Positions 18,963 through 28,491 of a stretch of 54,334 nucleotides of DNA are shown here, piece by piece; the stretch's first letter is position 1, and each line of letters starts with the position of its first letter. The stretch is taken from assembly GCA_016211215.1 (NCBI GenBank), contig JACQSR010000018.1, positions 1 through 54,334 of the forward strand, written 5' to 3'. Under the pieces are notes generated by a model. That model made no database searches, was not told the origin of the DNA, and was given only the letters and a program-made list of their open reading frames with translations. Source of the DNA: Candidatus Woesearchaeota archaeon. Lineage in GTDB: Archaea; Nanobdellota; Nanobdellia; Woesearchaeales; JACQSR01. Made by a program: the position numbers and the translations under genes.

Positions 18963-19697
18963 TTAAGGGGTCGCTTTTTTCCATTTTTGCAAAAAGAATC
19001 TTTTGTATGATCTTGCAACTGCATCACTTTGAATAACAAACGCAGTTGGTACATCATCCCAATCAAGCGTTATTACTTTGTTTTTGTAAATTACTACACC
19101 ACTCGGCGTAAATTCTTTGAGATATTTTATGTTTGTATGAGGAATGTCTTTGAAAATCTCTTTTACTTTCTTCTTTGCGCTATGGACAGCAAGTCCTCTC
19201 ACTTTGATTTTCTTTTCTGATCTTTTTAGATGATAATTCCTAAAAAATAGGGTAACCTGTTCATTAAAGAGATTTTCTTTTGGAACTTGGAAAAAATAAT
19301 ATTCATCACCAGCATCAAGAGAAGTGAGAATATCATTAAATGCTGTTTTTAGGCCATTTAATCCGTCATAGACTTTGGCATTTTGTTTATCCCTACTATT
19401 TTTTTCTTTTTCTTTCAACTCAGGAAGAAGTTCATTTAGTTTTCTTCTTTTCTCTTCTAAGAATAGTTTTAATGAATCGGGACTTTCAGATTGATAAAAC
19501 TTTATTTTTCCCTGCAGAATATAACTAACAAGACCTTTCTCAACGAGGGAGCCCAGAACATGATAAACAGTACTACTTTGCAGTTGGGTTCTATCTATTA
19601 TCTTTCCTGTTTTTGATGGTCCTGTTTCTAGCAAGGCAACGTAAATTTTTGCTTCGGCTGTTGATAATCCAAGTTCCCCTAATACTCTTAAATCCAT
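18963..19697 (-). CDS. TrmB-family transcriptional regulator
   Basis: LGELGLSTAEAKIYVALL...VYHVLGSLVEKGLVS, YDGLNG. Confidence 0.85.
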   Translation of the reverse strand: MDLRVLGELGLSTAEAKIYVALLETGPSKTGKIIDRTQLQSSTVYHVLGSLVEKGLVSYILQGKIKFYQSESPDSLKLFLEEKRRKLNELLPELKEKEKNSRDKQNAKVYDGLNGLKTAFNDILTSLDAGDEYYFFQVPKENLFNEQVTLFFRNYHLKRSEKKIKVRGLAVHSAKKKVKEIFKDIPHTNIKYLKEFTPSGVVIYKNKVITLDWDDVPTAFVIQSDAVARSYKRFFLQKWKKATP

Positions 19698-19733
19698 AAT
19701 TGTATAGATTATTCTGCTCAATATTTAAAACTT

Positions 19734-19745
19734 TCCAATATTGGA
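19734..19745. promoter_or_regulatory. Candidate TrmB operator
   Basis: Perfect palindrome TCCAATATTGGA between the divergent TrmB and methyltransferase genes, next to TTTAAAA. Confidence 0.4.
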
Positions 19746-19805
19746 GAGCAATTGTTTTTAAGTGAACTTCAACCACAGGTCTTTATGATAATACTAGGGG
19801 AATCT

Positions 19806-20456
19806 ATGGAATTTCAGGACACGATATTGCGTTCAGTAGAACAACATCCAGTTCCATATTTGGTAAAATTGAAAGGTTTGGATTATGTTATGTTTCCAGA
19901 AACATTCAATCCAAATTATGCTAAAGCAAGTTTGTTTTTGCTTGACAATTTAGGAGTTCAAGATGGTGATGTTGTTTTAGACCCATTTACTGGTTCTGGA
20001 GCTGATGCAATATTTGCAGTTAGAGAAGGAGCATCCAGAGCTGTCGCAATTGATAAATTTACCATGCCCTATCTGTGTGCGAGATATAATGTTCATAGAC
20101 TCGGTTTGGAGGATAGGGTTGATGTTAGACAAGGAGATTTGTTTGATGTTCTGACAGAAGATGAAAGATTTAATCTTGTAATTGCAAATCCGCCATTTAA
20201 AGCCATGCAGCCACATTCTGATATTGCAGCTGCTTTGCGAGATGAAGAATATGCCACATTACACAGGTTTTTCTCAGAAGTAGGTAAATACCTGACAGAT
20301 GATGGAAGAATAAGAATGGTGTTTTCTGATGTTGGCGATATGGATTTGCTTCAAGATCTAGCCAAAAATCATGGTTTTTTACCTGAAGTAGTCAATCAAA
20401 CAAAATATGCTTCTAGTGTACGAATTGAAGTCTATGAGATGCGGAGGGAAAAATAA
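19806..20456 (+). CDS. Class I SAM-dependent methyltransferase (HemK/PrmC-like)
   Basis: VLDPFTGSG, GDLF, ANPPF. Start uncertain. Confidence 0.85.
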   Translation: MEFQDTILRSVEQHPVPYLVKLKGLDYVMFPETFNPNYAKASLFLLDNLGVQDGDVVLDPFTGSGADAIFAVREGASRAVAIDKFTMPYLCARYNVHRLGLEDRVDVRQGDLFDVLTEDERFNLVIANPPFKAMQPHSDIAAALRDEEYATLHRFFSEVGKYLTDDGRIRMVFSDVGDMDLLQDLAKNHGFLPEVVNQTKYASSVRIEVYEMRREK

Positions 20457-20460
20457 ATAA

Positions 20461-20491
20461 AATACCCCATCGCCCCAAGGGGCGGGGTATT
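20461..20491. terminator. GC-rich stem-loop (terminator or IS200/IS605-end-like remnant) between convergent genes
   Basis: AATACCCC...GGGGTATT and CGCCCC-AA-GGGGCG arms. A second hairpin, CCACCG-CAAA-CGGTGG, lies at 20533-20548. Confidence 0.45.
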
Positions 20492-20569
20492 GTTACAGTG
20501 CTATTATTAATGCTGTTGTGGATGCAACCCGTCCACCGCAAACGGTGGGGATCGATGAAATCAAAGAAG

Positions 20570-22846
20570 TTACTGTTTCCTTTTATGAAAAACATAAAGG
20601 AATATAAGAACAGCTATCGTCCCAATTGTTATCCATTTTCCAGTCTCGAAAGAATCAGGCTCATACCCCAAAACAAGCTCCTTCTCGCCGTCAACCCATA
20701 TTGCGCTGTTTACCCCGTTTGACCTCAATATTTCCCTCTCTTTTCCATCAGCATGCGCCCTCCAGCCATCAGGAAACAAATAAAACTTCTCTGCAAGCTG
20801 CAAAAATCCCCTTTTGCCTTCAACATCAATCTTCCTTATGTCGTTTCCATACTCGCTTATTTTTGCCTCATTTGCATCATACCCCTCCCCAAAGCCCTTG
20901 AGCAGGGATGCTATCTCATCAGCAGAAACGCTTGTTTTGCCTTCTGCAACATTCGGAAGCACCTTTCCGCCCTTCCCCATATAGGCTGACAGAGGCTCCA
21001 CATTATCCAGCTTCACTCCGTCAACAAGCAGGACTGCGTCAAAATGCCCAAGAAACCCATCATCATACGCTGCAATATCGGGACTCTCCCCAATTATTAT
21101 AACTGTTTTCGCGGGGTAAAACTCCTGCATCCTCATGATTCCGTACATTGCCCCCTTTTCATTGCCGTAATCCCCCACGATTAGTATGCTGTGCTCCGGG
21201 AAATAAGCCCTCGGCAGGAAATCAAGGTTTTCATACAGGTACGGCCCGTCAATTCCCTTGTCAGTCCCGTGGTCTTCGAGGCATCCGCTGCATTCGTCAA
21301 ACTTCCCCACAAAATTCAGCCCTGGAATTTTAATCTCGGACTCAGAGTAGATGTACCTCGTATTGAGCATGCCATAAAACTTTGCCGGGTCAGTATAAGC
21401 TACTGACAGGTATTCATTAAGATAGTCATATATCCATATTGGGCTTGTCCCGTAGAGAATCTCCAAATCCCTGAAAACCGCATACATACCTGCAAATCCT
21501 GCAATAGTTTGCGTCCCGATGTTGTGTATCCTGAATACGCCCTCCTGCTCGGACAGGTAGTTTAGCAGCTGGTTGTTCTTCAGGGAAGAATCTATGTCGA
21601 TGGTCCTTCTTCCGTATATCGATATTGCGGAGAATATTGCGCTGGAAAGGAAAAGGAGGATAACTATAACTGAAAAGGCCATCTTCATGCTTAATTTCGG
21701 AAATTTCCTCTCCGCAAACTCAAACAGTTTTGCCGAGCCAAATCCCGCAAGCACGCTTATTCCAAACTGGTAGAGGAACAAAAACCTGTCAACGTGGTGG
21801 CCAGCCGAAATTCCGGGAACAAATCTCCAGATAGGATAGTAGAGGTATGTGCCAGCGCCTATAAGGAATCCGGCAGCTGCAATCAGCACAAAAGTAAGAA
21901 CTGTTTTCCTTTTCCACAGCGGAATTGAAAAAAGCAAAAGGATTATGGCTATTGGGCCAAGGCTTGCATACGATGCGTGCTCCACCCATTTGTTCGGCGG
22001 ATTTATCAGCAAAGAATAAAAATCCTCAAACGTGTTGAACTGCAAATGCCCCCCAATGCTTTCCTCATACGAGAAGCCCTGCCCTTTGCTTGAAACATCG
22101 CCCCATTCAAGCAGCGGAAGAACTCTTACAGCCATCAGCCCAAAAAATACTGCAAAAACAACCAGGCCGAAAAGTATTACCCGCACAATCCTTCCCTTGG
22201 CATCTTTTCCAAAAATGTGCATTGCGCAGATTATTGGCAAAATCACGCTTACTGCGTAAAGGAAAAAGTCAAGTCCGGAGCTGTGCCCCACAACAGCAAG
22301 CACAACGCCTGCAATTATGCTGTCTCTAATCCACATCTCTGAGTTCAAAGCCTTGTGAGCCGCCAAAAATATCATCGGTACCCAGGCATAAACAGAGTAC
22401 CTTGATTGTATGGTTATTGCATGGGTTATTGCAAATCCGGAAAACATGTAGATTACTCCCGAAATTAAGGCATTCCTTTCCTTAAGCCCCAGATATAGTG
22501 CAAGATAGAACATGAAAACGCCGGCAAGAAAAGTGTTTACAAGTATCCCGAGATTGCATCCGCCCTGAAATGTGGGGCTTATGATTCCAAGCAGAACATT
22601 ATAGTGCAGCACCGCATTTTGCGCATTTGCAAAGAAAGGAACTCCGCCATGGTAATTCGGCATCCACAATGGAAAGTCCCAGTTTTTTATTCCTTCCTGC
22701 ACAACCTTGAAATTCGCAATTTCAGCAACAGGGCATTCGCTGTAAATCATATGGCTGAATGAAAGCCCGTCCCAGTAGAACACAGCAGTAAGTATCAAAA
22801 ACGCCAGAATGTAAGTCCAATGGCCCCTCCTAATTAGTTTGTACAT
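20570..22846 (-). CDS. YfhO-like polytopic membrane glycosyltransferase (GT-C)
   Basis: PLWMPNYHGGVPFFA, IYMFSG, many TM helices, YENLDFLPRAY, GWRAHADG...YEP and a C-terminal TM. Confidence 0.8.
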   Translation of the reverse strand: MYKLIRRGHWTYILAFLILTAVFYWDGLSFSHMIYSECPVAEIANFKVVQEGIKNWDFPLWMPNYHGGVPFFANAQNAVLHYNVLLGIISPTFQGGCNLGILVNTFLAGVFMFYLALYLGLKERNALISGVIYMFSGFAITHAITIQSRYSVYAWVPMIFLAAHKALNSEMWIRDSIIAGVVLAVVGHSSGLDFFLYAVSVILPIICAMHIFGKDAKGRIVRVILFGLVVFAVFFGLMAVRVLPLLEWGDVSSKGQGFSYEESIGGHLQFNTFEDFYSLLINPPNKWVEHASYASLGPIAIILLLFSIPLWKRKTVLTFVLIAAAGFLIGAGTYLYYPIWRFVPGISAGHHVDRFLFLYQFGISVLAGFGSAKLFEFAERKFPKLSMKMAFSVIVILLFLSSAIFSAISIYGRRTIDIDSSLKNNQLLNYLSEQEGVFRIHNIGTQTIAGFAGMYAVFRDLEILYGTSPIWIYDYLNEYLSVAYTDPAKFYGMLNTRYIYSESEIKIPGLNFVGKFDECSGCLEDHGTDKGIDGPYLYENLDFLPRAYFPEHSILIVGDYGNEKGAMYGIMRMQEFYPAKTVIIIGESPDIAAYDDGFLGHFDAVLLVDGVKLDNVEPLSAYMGKGGKVLPNVAEGKTSVSADEIASLLKGFGEGYDANEAKISEYGNDIRKIDVEGKRGFLQLAEKFYLFPDGWRAHADGKEREILRSNGVNSAIWVDGEKELVLGYEPDSFETGKWITIGTIAVLIFLYVFHKRKQ

Positions 22847-25157
22847 TTTTTGATTTCTTGAAATAGTAAACTAAGTAGCCCAAAATCAGTATTACAGTTA
22901 TCACCGAAATCCAGCTTCCCATCATATAAGACCTCGGAAGATACCTAAACTCCACATTTTCCGCAGGCTCTTCAAGATAGACTGCGCTTATGACGCCGTT
23001 TGCCCGCATAATTTCACTTTCCCCTCCATCCGCTGACGCGCTCCACCCGGGATACATGGAGTACAGCTCGCTCATTACCAAAAAACCTGACTTGCCGCCT
23101 GTCTTGACATCCTTTCTTTCCAGATTTGGCGCTGTTATGCCCTCTATGCTTTTTGCAGGCCTGCTTTTGAAAATCTCCCATACCCTTGCAAGGCCCTCAT
23201 CTGATATCATTTTTTCGCCCTTGGTGATGTCCGGCAAAAGTATACCCCCTGAATCGACATATGCTTTCAGAAGCCCCATGCTTCCTTCATCAACTGAGCC
23301 TGCCGCAAGCGCAATTACTGGAAACTTCTTAAGCCCATCAATATCGTAGCTGTTAATTTTTCTCTCGGAGAAGATTATTGCCATGTTCTTGGGGTCAAAC
23401 TGCTCCTTAAGCATCAATCCATACATCACGTTCTTCACATCTTCCCTGCTGCCTGCCACCAGTATTGCATTTTTTGTAATGAATGCCCTTGGCACGAACT
23501 CATTGTTCTCGTACAGGTAAGGCCCATGGGCCTTTAAGAGGTTCTTTATCGGGCATATTCTGCATTCGTCAAATTTTTGAACCAGCGAGAGTCCCGTTAA
23601 ATTCCTCTCTTCCATGGAGGTTACATACCTGACATTTAGTATGCCCCAAAATACCGCAGGGTTGTACTGCATGCCGATTGCAAGGTACTCGTTCATGTAT
23701 TCGGTAAGCCATGTGGAAGAGTAGGCATATATATGCTCGAGCCTAAGAGGCACATTGTAAAGGTCCGTGCCCCAGTCAATGCCGTTAGTCTCAAATGTGT
23801 GTATCCTGAAACTGCCCGTCTGATTCGCAATATACCTTAGAATATCATTGTTCTCAATTACCTCCTGTACCGGATACTGCTCAAATCCTGCCGGTTGCCT
23901 CGCAAAGACCATCAGGTTGAGCACAACAAGGCCAATTAATGCAGAACACGCTATAATCATGCCCTTCCTCTCCAGGCGATATTTTTCTTTCAGTGAGTCA
24001 AGCAGCATATCCGCACCAAGCGCGGCAAGAAATGCCCCTGCAAATGAAAACAGCGCAAACACCCTCTCAAGGTACCTAAAGCTGTCAAATGGCGGGACAT
24101 AATCATAAAGCAGCCTGAACACAAAAGAGCCGGAAGTGATTGAAAGGGCAAGAATCATCGTTAACATCAGAAAAATGTGAATCCTTTTTGTGGGTTTTTT
24201 GTACAGGGCATACAATATGAGCAAAAAAGCTATGATTCCTATCTTGTAAAAGCCTTCCCGCCCGGAATATCGAATTTCAAGCTTTAAAGGTTCTATCGCA
24301 GTCGAGAATGTTTCCGACAATGGTGTCACCCGTGAAGCGCTTTGCTCATAGCTCAGATGCCCCCTGCCGGTAATGTCCAGGTACTCCTTTGTTGGCAATA
24401 CCCTCTGCGCGCTAAGCCCCAGCACCACCACTGACACTATAATCCCCGCATAGAAAACCTTCTTGGCTCTCCCGTTGAATTCCGACCCAACAAGCTGAAC
24501 CGCCAGAAAAATGCCAAACGCAAGTATATTGAACAACGGCACCTTCAAGCTCGGATCAACCCTGATCTGCAGTGCAAACATTATGCCTGTTAGCACAGAA
24601 TAAAATACCCACTCCTTTTCCCGAAATGCCTTTATTGCAAACAAAAAAATCAAAGGGGTTATCGCATATGCATTGAGCTGTGTCAGGCCGCCGTCAAGGG
24701 TCCTTATCATGTAACCCGAGAACATGTAAACTATTGCGCCCAAAAGCCCTGCAGCCCGCTTTCTCGTCACCGAGAATACAAGCGCATACATCGAGATTCC
24801 TGCTATCACAAAATCGAGCAAATAATTCAGCTTTGTGGCAGCAACAGCAGGAAACAGAATTGCAAGCCACCCCGACCATGAGTCAAGGCCGAGAAACAAT
24901 CCCGAACCAAGCATAGGCATCCCGCTAAACCCATAGGGATTCCACAACGGCCAACTGTCGCCATAATCATAAAATGACTGCCTCATGAATTCCATTCGCG
25001 GCAGGTAGGTTGTTGAATGGTCCAGCATCGGCAAGGTGCTTAGGGAGAAAACGTCAAAGCTGTAAAGATTGACGAAGACTAGGAGTATTATTAACAATAC
25101 AAAAACGCCATGATTTTTTGCCCCTTCCGCAATTTTTCTTAGATTTCCCTGAACCAT
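22830..25157 (-). CDS. YfhO-like polytopic membrane glycosyltransferase (GT-C), tandem paralog
   Basis: PLWNPYGFSGMP, VYMFSG, YENNEFVPRAF, YPGWSA...YLP. Collinear similarity to the 20570-22846 product. Confidence 0.8.
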   Translation of the reverse strand: MVQGNLRKIAEGAKNHGVFVLLIILLVFVNLYSFDVFSLSTLPMLDHSTTYLPRMEFMRQSFYDYGDSWPLWNPYGFSGMPMLGSGLFLGLDSWSGWLAILFPAVAATKLNYLLDFVIAGISMYALVFSVTRKRAAGLLGAIVYMFSGYMIRTLDGGLTQLNAYAITPLIFLFAIKAFREKEWVFYSVLTGIMFALQIRVDPSLKVPLFNILAFGIFLAVQLVGSEFNGRAKKVFYAGIIVSVVVLGLSAQRVLPTKEYLDITGRGHLSYEQSASRVTPLSETFSTAIEPLKLEIRYSGREGFYKIGIIAFLLILYALYKKPTKRIHIFLMLTMILALSITSGSFVFRLLYDYVPPFDSFRYLERVFALFSFAGAFLAALGADMLLDSLKEKYRLERKGMIIACSALIGLVVLNLMVFARQPAGFEQYPVQEVIENNDILRYIANQTGSFRIHTFETNGIDWGTDLYNVPLRLEHIYAYSSTWLTEYMNEYLAIGMQYNPAVFWGILNVRYVTSMEERNLTGLSLVQKFDECRICPIKNLLKAHGPYLYENNEFVPRAFITKNAILVAGSREDVKNVMYGLMLKEQFDPKNMAIIFSERKINSYDIDGLKKFPVIALAAGSVDEGSMGLLKAYVDSGGILLPDITKGEKMISDEGLARVWEIFKSRPAKSIEGITAPNLERKDVKTGGKSGFLVMSELYSMYPGWSASADGGESEIMRANGVISAVYLEEPAENVEFRYLPRSYMMGSWISVITVILILGYLVYYFKKSKNVQTN

Positions 25158-26077
25158 TTTACAAAAATCTTAATTCCCCCCTCTATTGGAACTTGGGGTT
25201 GGTAACCCAAAAGCCTTTTTGCCTTTGCCAAATCCGCATATGTGGCCTCTACATCCCCTTTCTGCTTTTCAGCGTGTATAATTTTTGCCTTTTTTCCGCA
25301 CTCTTTTTCAATAAGGGATATTAGGTATCTTAATTCCACAGGCCGTGAGTTTCCCAGGTTTATTATCTCAAAATCAAATTCCACGGATAAAGCCTCCAAG
25401 ATGCCATCAGTTATGTCGCTGACAAAAGTATAGTCTCTTTTAGAGCTTCCATCACCGTATATTTCTATCTCTTCCCCTCCAAGAATTTTTTTTGTAAAGC
25501 TGTATATTGCCATGTCGGGCCTTCCCCTTGGGCCGTAAACCGTAAAAAACCTGAGGCAGGTTGCCTTAAGGCCGTGCTTTTCGCTATATTGCTGGCACAG
25601 CAGCTCGGCTTCCCTCTTTGTAGCTGCATAAGGCGAAATCTGAACCAAATCATTGTCTTCTTCGCTGAAAGGTATTCTTTTGGAATTTCCGTAAACGCTG
25701 GAACTGGAGCCGAATATGAAATGGGGAACCTTGTACTTTACCGCCAGCTCCAAAAGATTTTTTGTTCCCGCAACATTTACATCATGATACAGCCTTGAGT
25801 TTGAAAATGAAGGCCTTACACCGGCTCTGGCTGCTAGATGGACTATTTTTGAAAATTTGTGCTTTTGAAAAACCTTCTCGAGTTTTTCCTTGTGGCAAAT
25901 ATCCCCTCTATAAAGAAATAACCCCCCATGCATCTCCTTTATGTTCCGTTCCTTTGCTGCAGGGTCGTAGAAATCATTAAAATTATCAAAACAGATAACA
26001 GATTCCCCCCTATTGATCAGTGCTTCGCAAACATGGCTTCCAATAAACCCGGCACCCCCTGTTACAAGTATCTCCAT
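25139..26077 (-). CDS. UDP-glucuronate 4-epimerase-like NAD-dependent epimerase
   Basis: TGGAGFIG, HLAARAGVRPS, YAATK, RFFTVYGPRGRPDMA. Confidence 0.85.
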   Translation of the reverse strand: MEILVTGGAGFIGSHVCEALINRGESVICFDNFNDFYDPAAKERNIKEMHGGLFLYRGDICHKEKLEKVFQKHKFSKIVHLAARAGVRPSFSNSRLYHDVNVAGTKNLLELAVKYKVPHFIFGSSSSVYGNSKRIPFSEEDNDLVQISPYAATKREAELLCQQYSEKHGLKATCLRFFTVYGPRGRPDMAIYSFTKKILGGEEIEIYGDGSSKRDYTFVSDITDGILEALSVEFDFEIINLGNSRPVELRYLISLIEKECGKKAKIIHAEKQKGDVEATYADLAKAKRLLGYQPQVPIEGGIKIFVKWFREI

Positions 26078-26172
26078 ACGCACCCCTGATGCGGGCGTTA
26101 AGTAGCTTTATAAAGATTTGTTATGGTGCATCGCCATATATATTTAAATAGGACAATGGAAGTAATTTGCCC

Positions 26173-27099
26173 ATGAAAAAGCTGCTCAAGATTGTAGTGC
26201 CGGTTGTGGTCTCAATAGCCCTTCTTGCTTACCTTTTATCGCAGATTGACATGGGCAGTTTCGTGCAAGTCCTTAAATCAGCATCAATCCCACTTGCTGC
26301 GCTGTCCTTTCTGTTTTACGGATTATGCCAAATCATCCGTGCGCTGCGCTTCAGGCTGCTAATCGGCAAGCGCATTGGTATTGTTAACATGATAAGGATA
26401 TCTTTCATCCACAATCTTGCCAACAATTTACTGCCCGCGAAAGCCGGAGAGCTTTCCTATGTTTACCTGATAAAAAAATCAGGCCTCAGGTTTACATTCA
26501 GCATTTCATCCCTCATAGTTGCGCGTGTTTTTGACCTGGTGGCACTTTCACTCCTGCTTATCCTGTCATTGCTGTTCGCCAGTATTCCTTTCGCATTGCC
26601 GGGAAGTGTCTTAACAGCCGCTTTCCTTGTGTTCATTCTTGGCATTGCACTTGTTTTTATGCTCTTATTTTTTACCAAGAGGATTTCCCCTATTTTGAGG
26701 AGGCTATGCCCAAAGAAGTTCCTGGGGCATCTTGATGATACATTGCAGATTATGGAGTCTCATAGGGGCAATATCCCATCAATAACATCCCATTCTGTCC
26801 TGATATGGGTGCTGCACCTTTCTTCTTTCTACTTTCTCGCCGCTTCCCTTGGCGCGGGAATTTCTTTCTGGCAGGCAATCTTCATTTCGGTGTTTTATGT
26901 TTTCCTTCCAGTCCTGCCGTTCCATGGGATTGCCGGGTTTGGCACTTCCGAAGCGTACTGGACAATCATGCTCGTGCTTTTTAGCATGCCCAGGGAAAGC
27001 GCAATTGCCCTTTCTTTCGCCCTTCATTCCCTGAACGTCCTGTTCTATGTAATCCTTGGAGTTTACGGATTTGCAACATTCCCAAAAGAAATCACTTGA
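26173..27099 (+). CDS. Lysylphosphatidylglycerol-synthase-TM / UPF0104 flippase-like membrane protein
   Basis: IRALRF, NNLLPAKAGE, RVFD, GFGTSEA; polytopic. Confidence 0.8.
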   Translation: MKKLLKIVVPVVVSIALLAYLLSQIDMGSFVQVLKSASIPLAALSFLFYGLCQIIRALRFRLLIGKRIGIVNMIRISFIHNLANNLLPAKAGELSYVYLIKKSGLRFTFSISSLIVARVFDLVALSLLLILSLLFASIPFALPGSVLTAAFLVFILGIALVFMLLFFTKRISPILRRLCPKKFLGHLDDTLQIMESHRGNIPSITSHSVLIWVLHLSSFYFLAASLGAGISFWQAIFISVFYVFLPVLPFHGIAGFGTSEAYWTIMLVLFSMPRESAIALSFALHSLNVLFYVILGVYGFATFPKEIT

Positions 27100-28024
27100 G
27101 GACAGACATTATGGAATAATATTCCTGCTTCTTGCTCGAGAAATATGTCTTTACAAGTATATCCGATATCACGCCTAAAATAATAAACTGAACCCCCAAA
27201 ATAAGAAGAACCACTGAAAGCAGCAGCAAAGGCCTGTTTGCCAGGGATTGGCTGTAAATCAGCTTTAGCGCCATAAGGTAAAGCCCAATTGCAAAACCTG
27301 TAAAGCCCATTATCATTCCCAACCCTCCAAACAGGTGCATAGGCCTTGCGGAATACTGCATCCAGAATTTTACAATGAGCAAATCCAGGAATCCCCTAAG
27401 CACCCTTCCTATACCGTACTTCGTCTTCCCGTGTTTTCTCGGAAGATGGTTGACCTTAATCTCCCCCACCTTGAACCCGCGCCATAGTAGTATTGCTGGA
27501 ATGAACCTGTGGGTTTCCCCGAACAAGTCCAAATTCACAAAGCAATCCCTCCGGTACGCCTTCAGGGAACATCCGGAATCGTGTATTTTTTCTCCAGTCA
27601 AAAGTTTCCTGAAGGAATTCGCAAGAACAGATGTAACCCTTTTTCCCAGCGGGTCCCTCCTGCTGGCCCTCCATCCTGAAACGCAGTCGTACCCTTCGCC
27701 CAGCTTTTGAATCAGGCGCGGAATGTCATTTGGGTCGTTCTGCAAGTCAGCATCCATTGTAACTATTACTTTTCCGGATGCCATTTTGATACCAGCATCA
27801 AATGCAGCGGTTTGCCCAAAATTCTTCCTGAACCTCACGCACTTAACGTGTTTGTCCTGGGCATGCAGCCTCTCAATAACTTCAAATGTCCTGTCCTTGC
27901 TGCCGTCGTCCACAAATACAACCTCATAATCCTTCCCCCTCAATACATCCGCCAGAGATTTATGCAAAAGGGGTATGTTTTCCCACTCATTATATGCAGG
28001 TACAACGATGCTGATTTCAGTCAT
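27092..28024 (-). CDS. Glycosyltransferase family 2, ArnC/GtrB-like with two C-terminal TM helices
   Basis: PAYNE, DDGSKD, NFGQTAA, DADLQND, DSGCSLKAYR, HRFIP. Confidence 0.9.
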   Translation of the reverse strand: MTEISIVVPAYNEWENIPLLHKSLADVLRGKDYEVVFVDDGSKDRTFEVIERLHAQDKHVKCVRFRKNFGQTAAFDAGIKMASGKVIVTMDADLQNDPNDIPRLIQKLGEGYDCVSGWRASRRDPLGKRVTSVLANSFRKLLTGEKIHDSGCSLKAYRRDCFVNLDLFGETHRFIPAILLWRGFKVGEIKVNHLPRKHGKTKYGIGRVLRGFLDLLIVKFWMQYSARPMHLFGGLGMIMGFTGFAIGLYLMALKLIYSQSLANRPLLLLSVVLLILGVQFIILGVISDILVKTYFSSKKQEYYSIMSVLK

Positions 28025-28491
28025 TTTCTTGCCCCAATAATCCTGTTTAACATGCCTGTAGTCGACAGCCCTTTATATTTCTTTATGAGGTGTACCCTTC
28101 CCCCATATTTCCTCACAGTCTCAGCCTCAATGCAGTTTTCTCCGTACTCTTCGCCGTTGCAGTGCACATCCGGCTTAATTGCCTCAAGAAGCTTTCTCGG
28201 GTCGTCTTCATCAAATATAACAACATAGTCAACCATCTCCAGAGCGGATATCACGGCCGCCCTTGAATCCTGGTTGTTTATGGGCCGGTCTTTGCTTTTG
28301 TATCGCTTGATTGATGCATCCGAATTTAATCCCACGATAAGCACATCCCCCTGAGATTTCGCTTCTTCAAGAAATTTTATGTGCCCCAAATGAAGTATGT
28401 CAAACGCCCCGTTGCATGTTACTATCTTCCTGCCTTCCTTCTTCAGCTTTTCCGCAATTTCCGCTATTTCATTCCGGTTTTTTAGTTTCAT
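28021..28491 (-). CDS. rfaE2: D-glycero-beta-D-manno-heptose 1-phosphate adenylyltransferase (HldE domain II)
   Basis: NGAFDILHLGH, VGLNSDASI, RPIN, FDEDDP, GLSTT. Start moved to 28491. Confidence 0.88.
   Translation of the reverse strand: MKLKNRNEIAEIAEKLKKEGRKIVTCNGAFDILHLGHIKFLEEAKSQGDVLIVGLNSDASIKRYKSKDRPINNQDSRAAVISALEMVDYVVIFDEDDPRKLLEAIKPDVHCNGEEYGENCIEAETVRKYGGRVHLIKKYKGLSTTGMLNRIIGARK

Larger units (their letters stand above)
17126..20711. repeat. Exact 93-bp direct repeats (17126-17218 and 20619-20711) bracketing a 3.4-kb cassette
   Basis: GTCCCAATTGTTATCC...CATATTGCGCTGTTT occurs twice, identical by eye. Confidence 0.92.

Noticed and set aside
17126-20711. 93-bp repeat considered as DGR TR/VR
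   Set aside because: The copies are identical rather than A-mutated, and no reverse transcriptase is present in the window.
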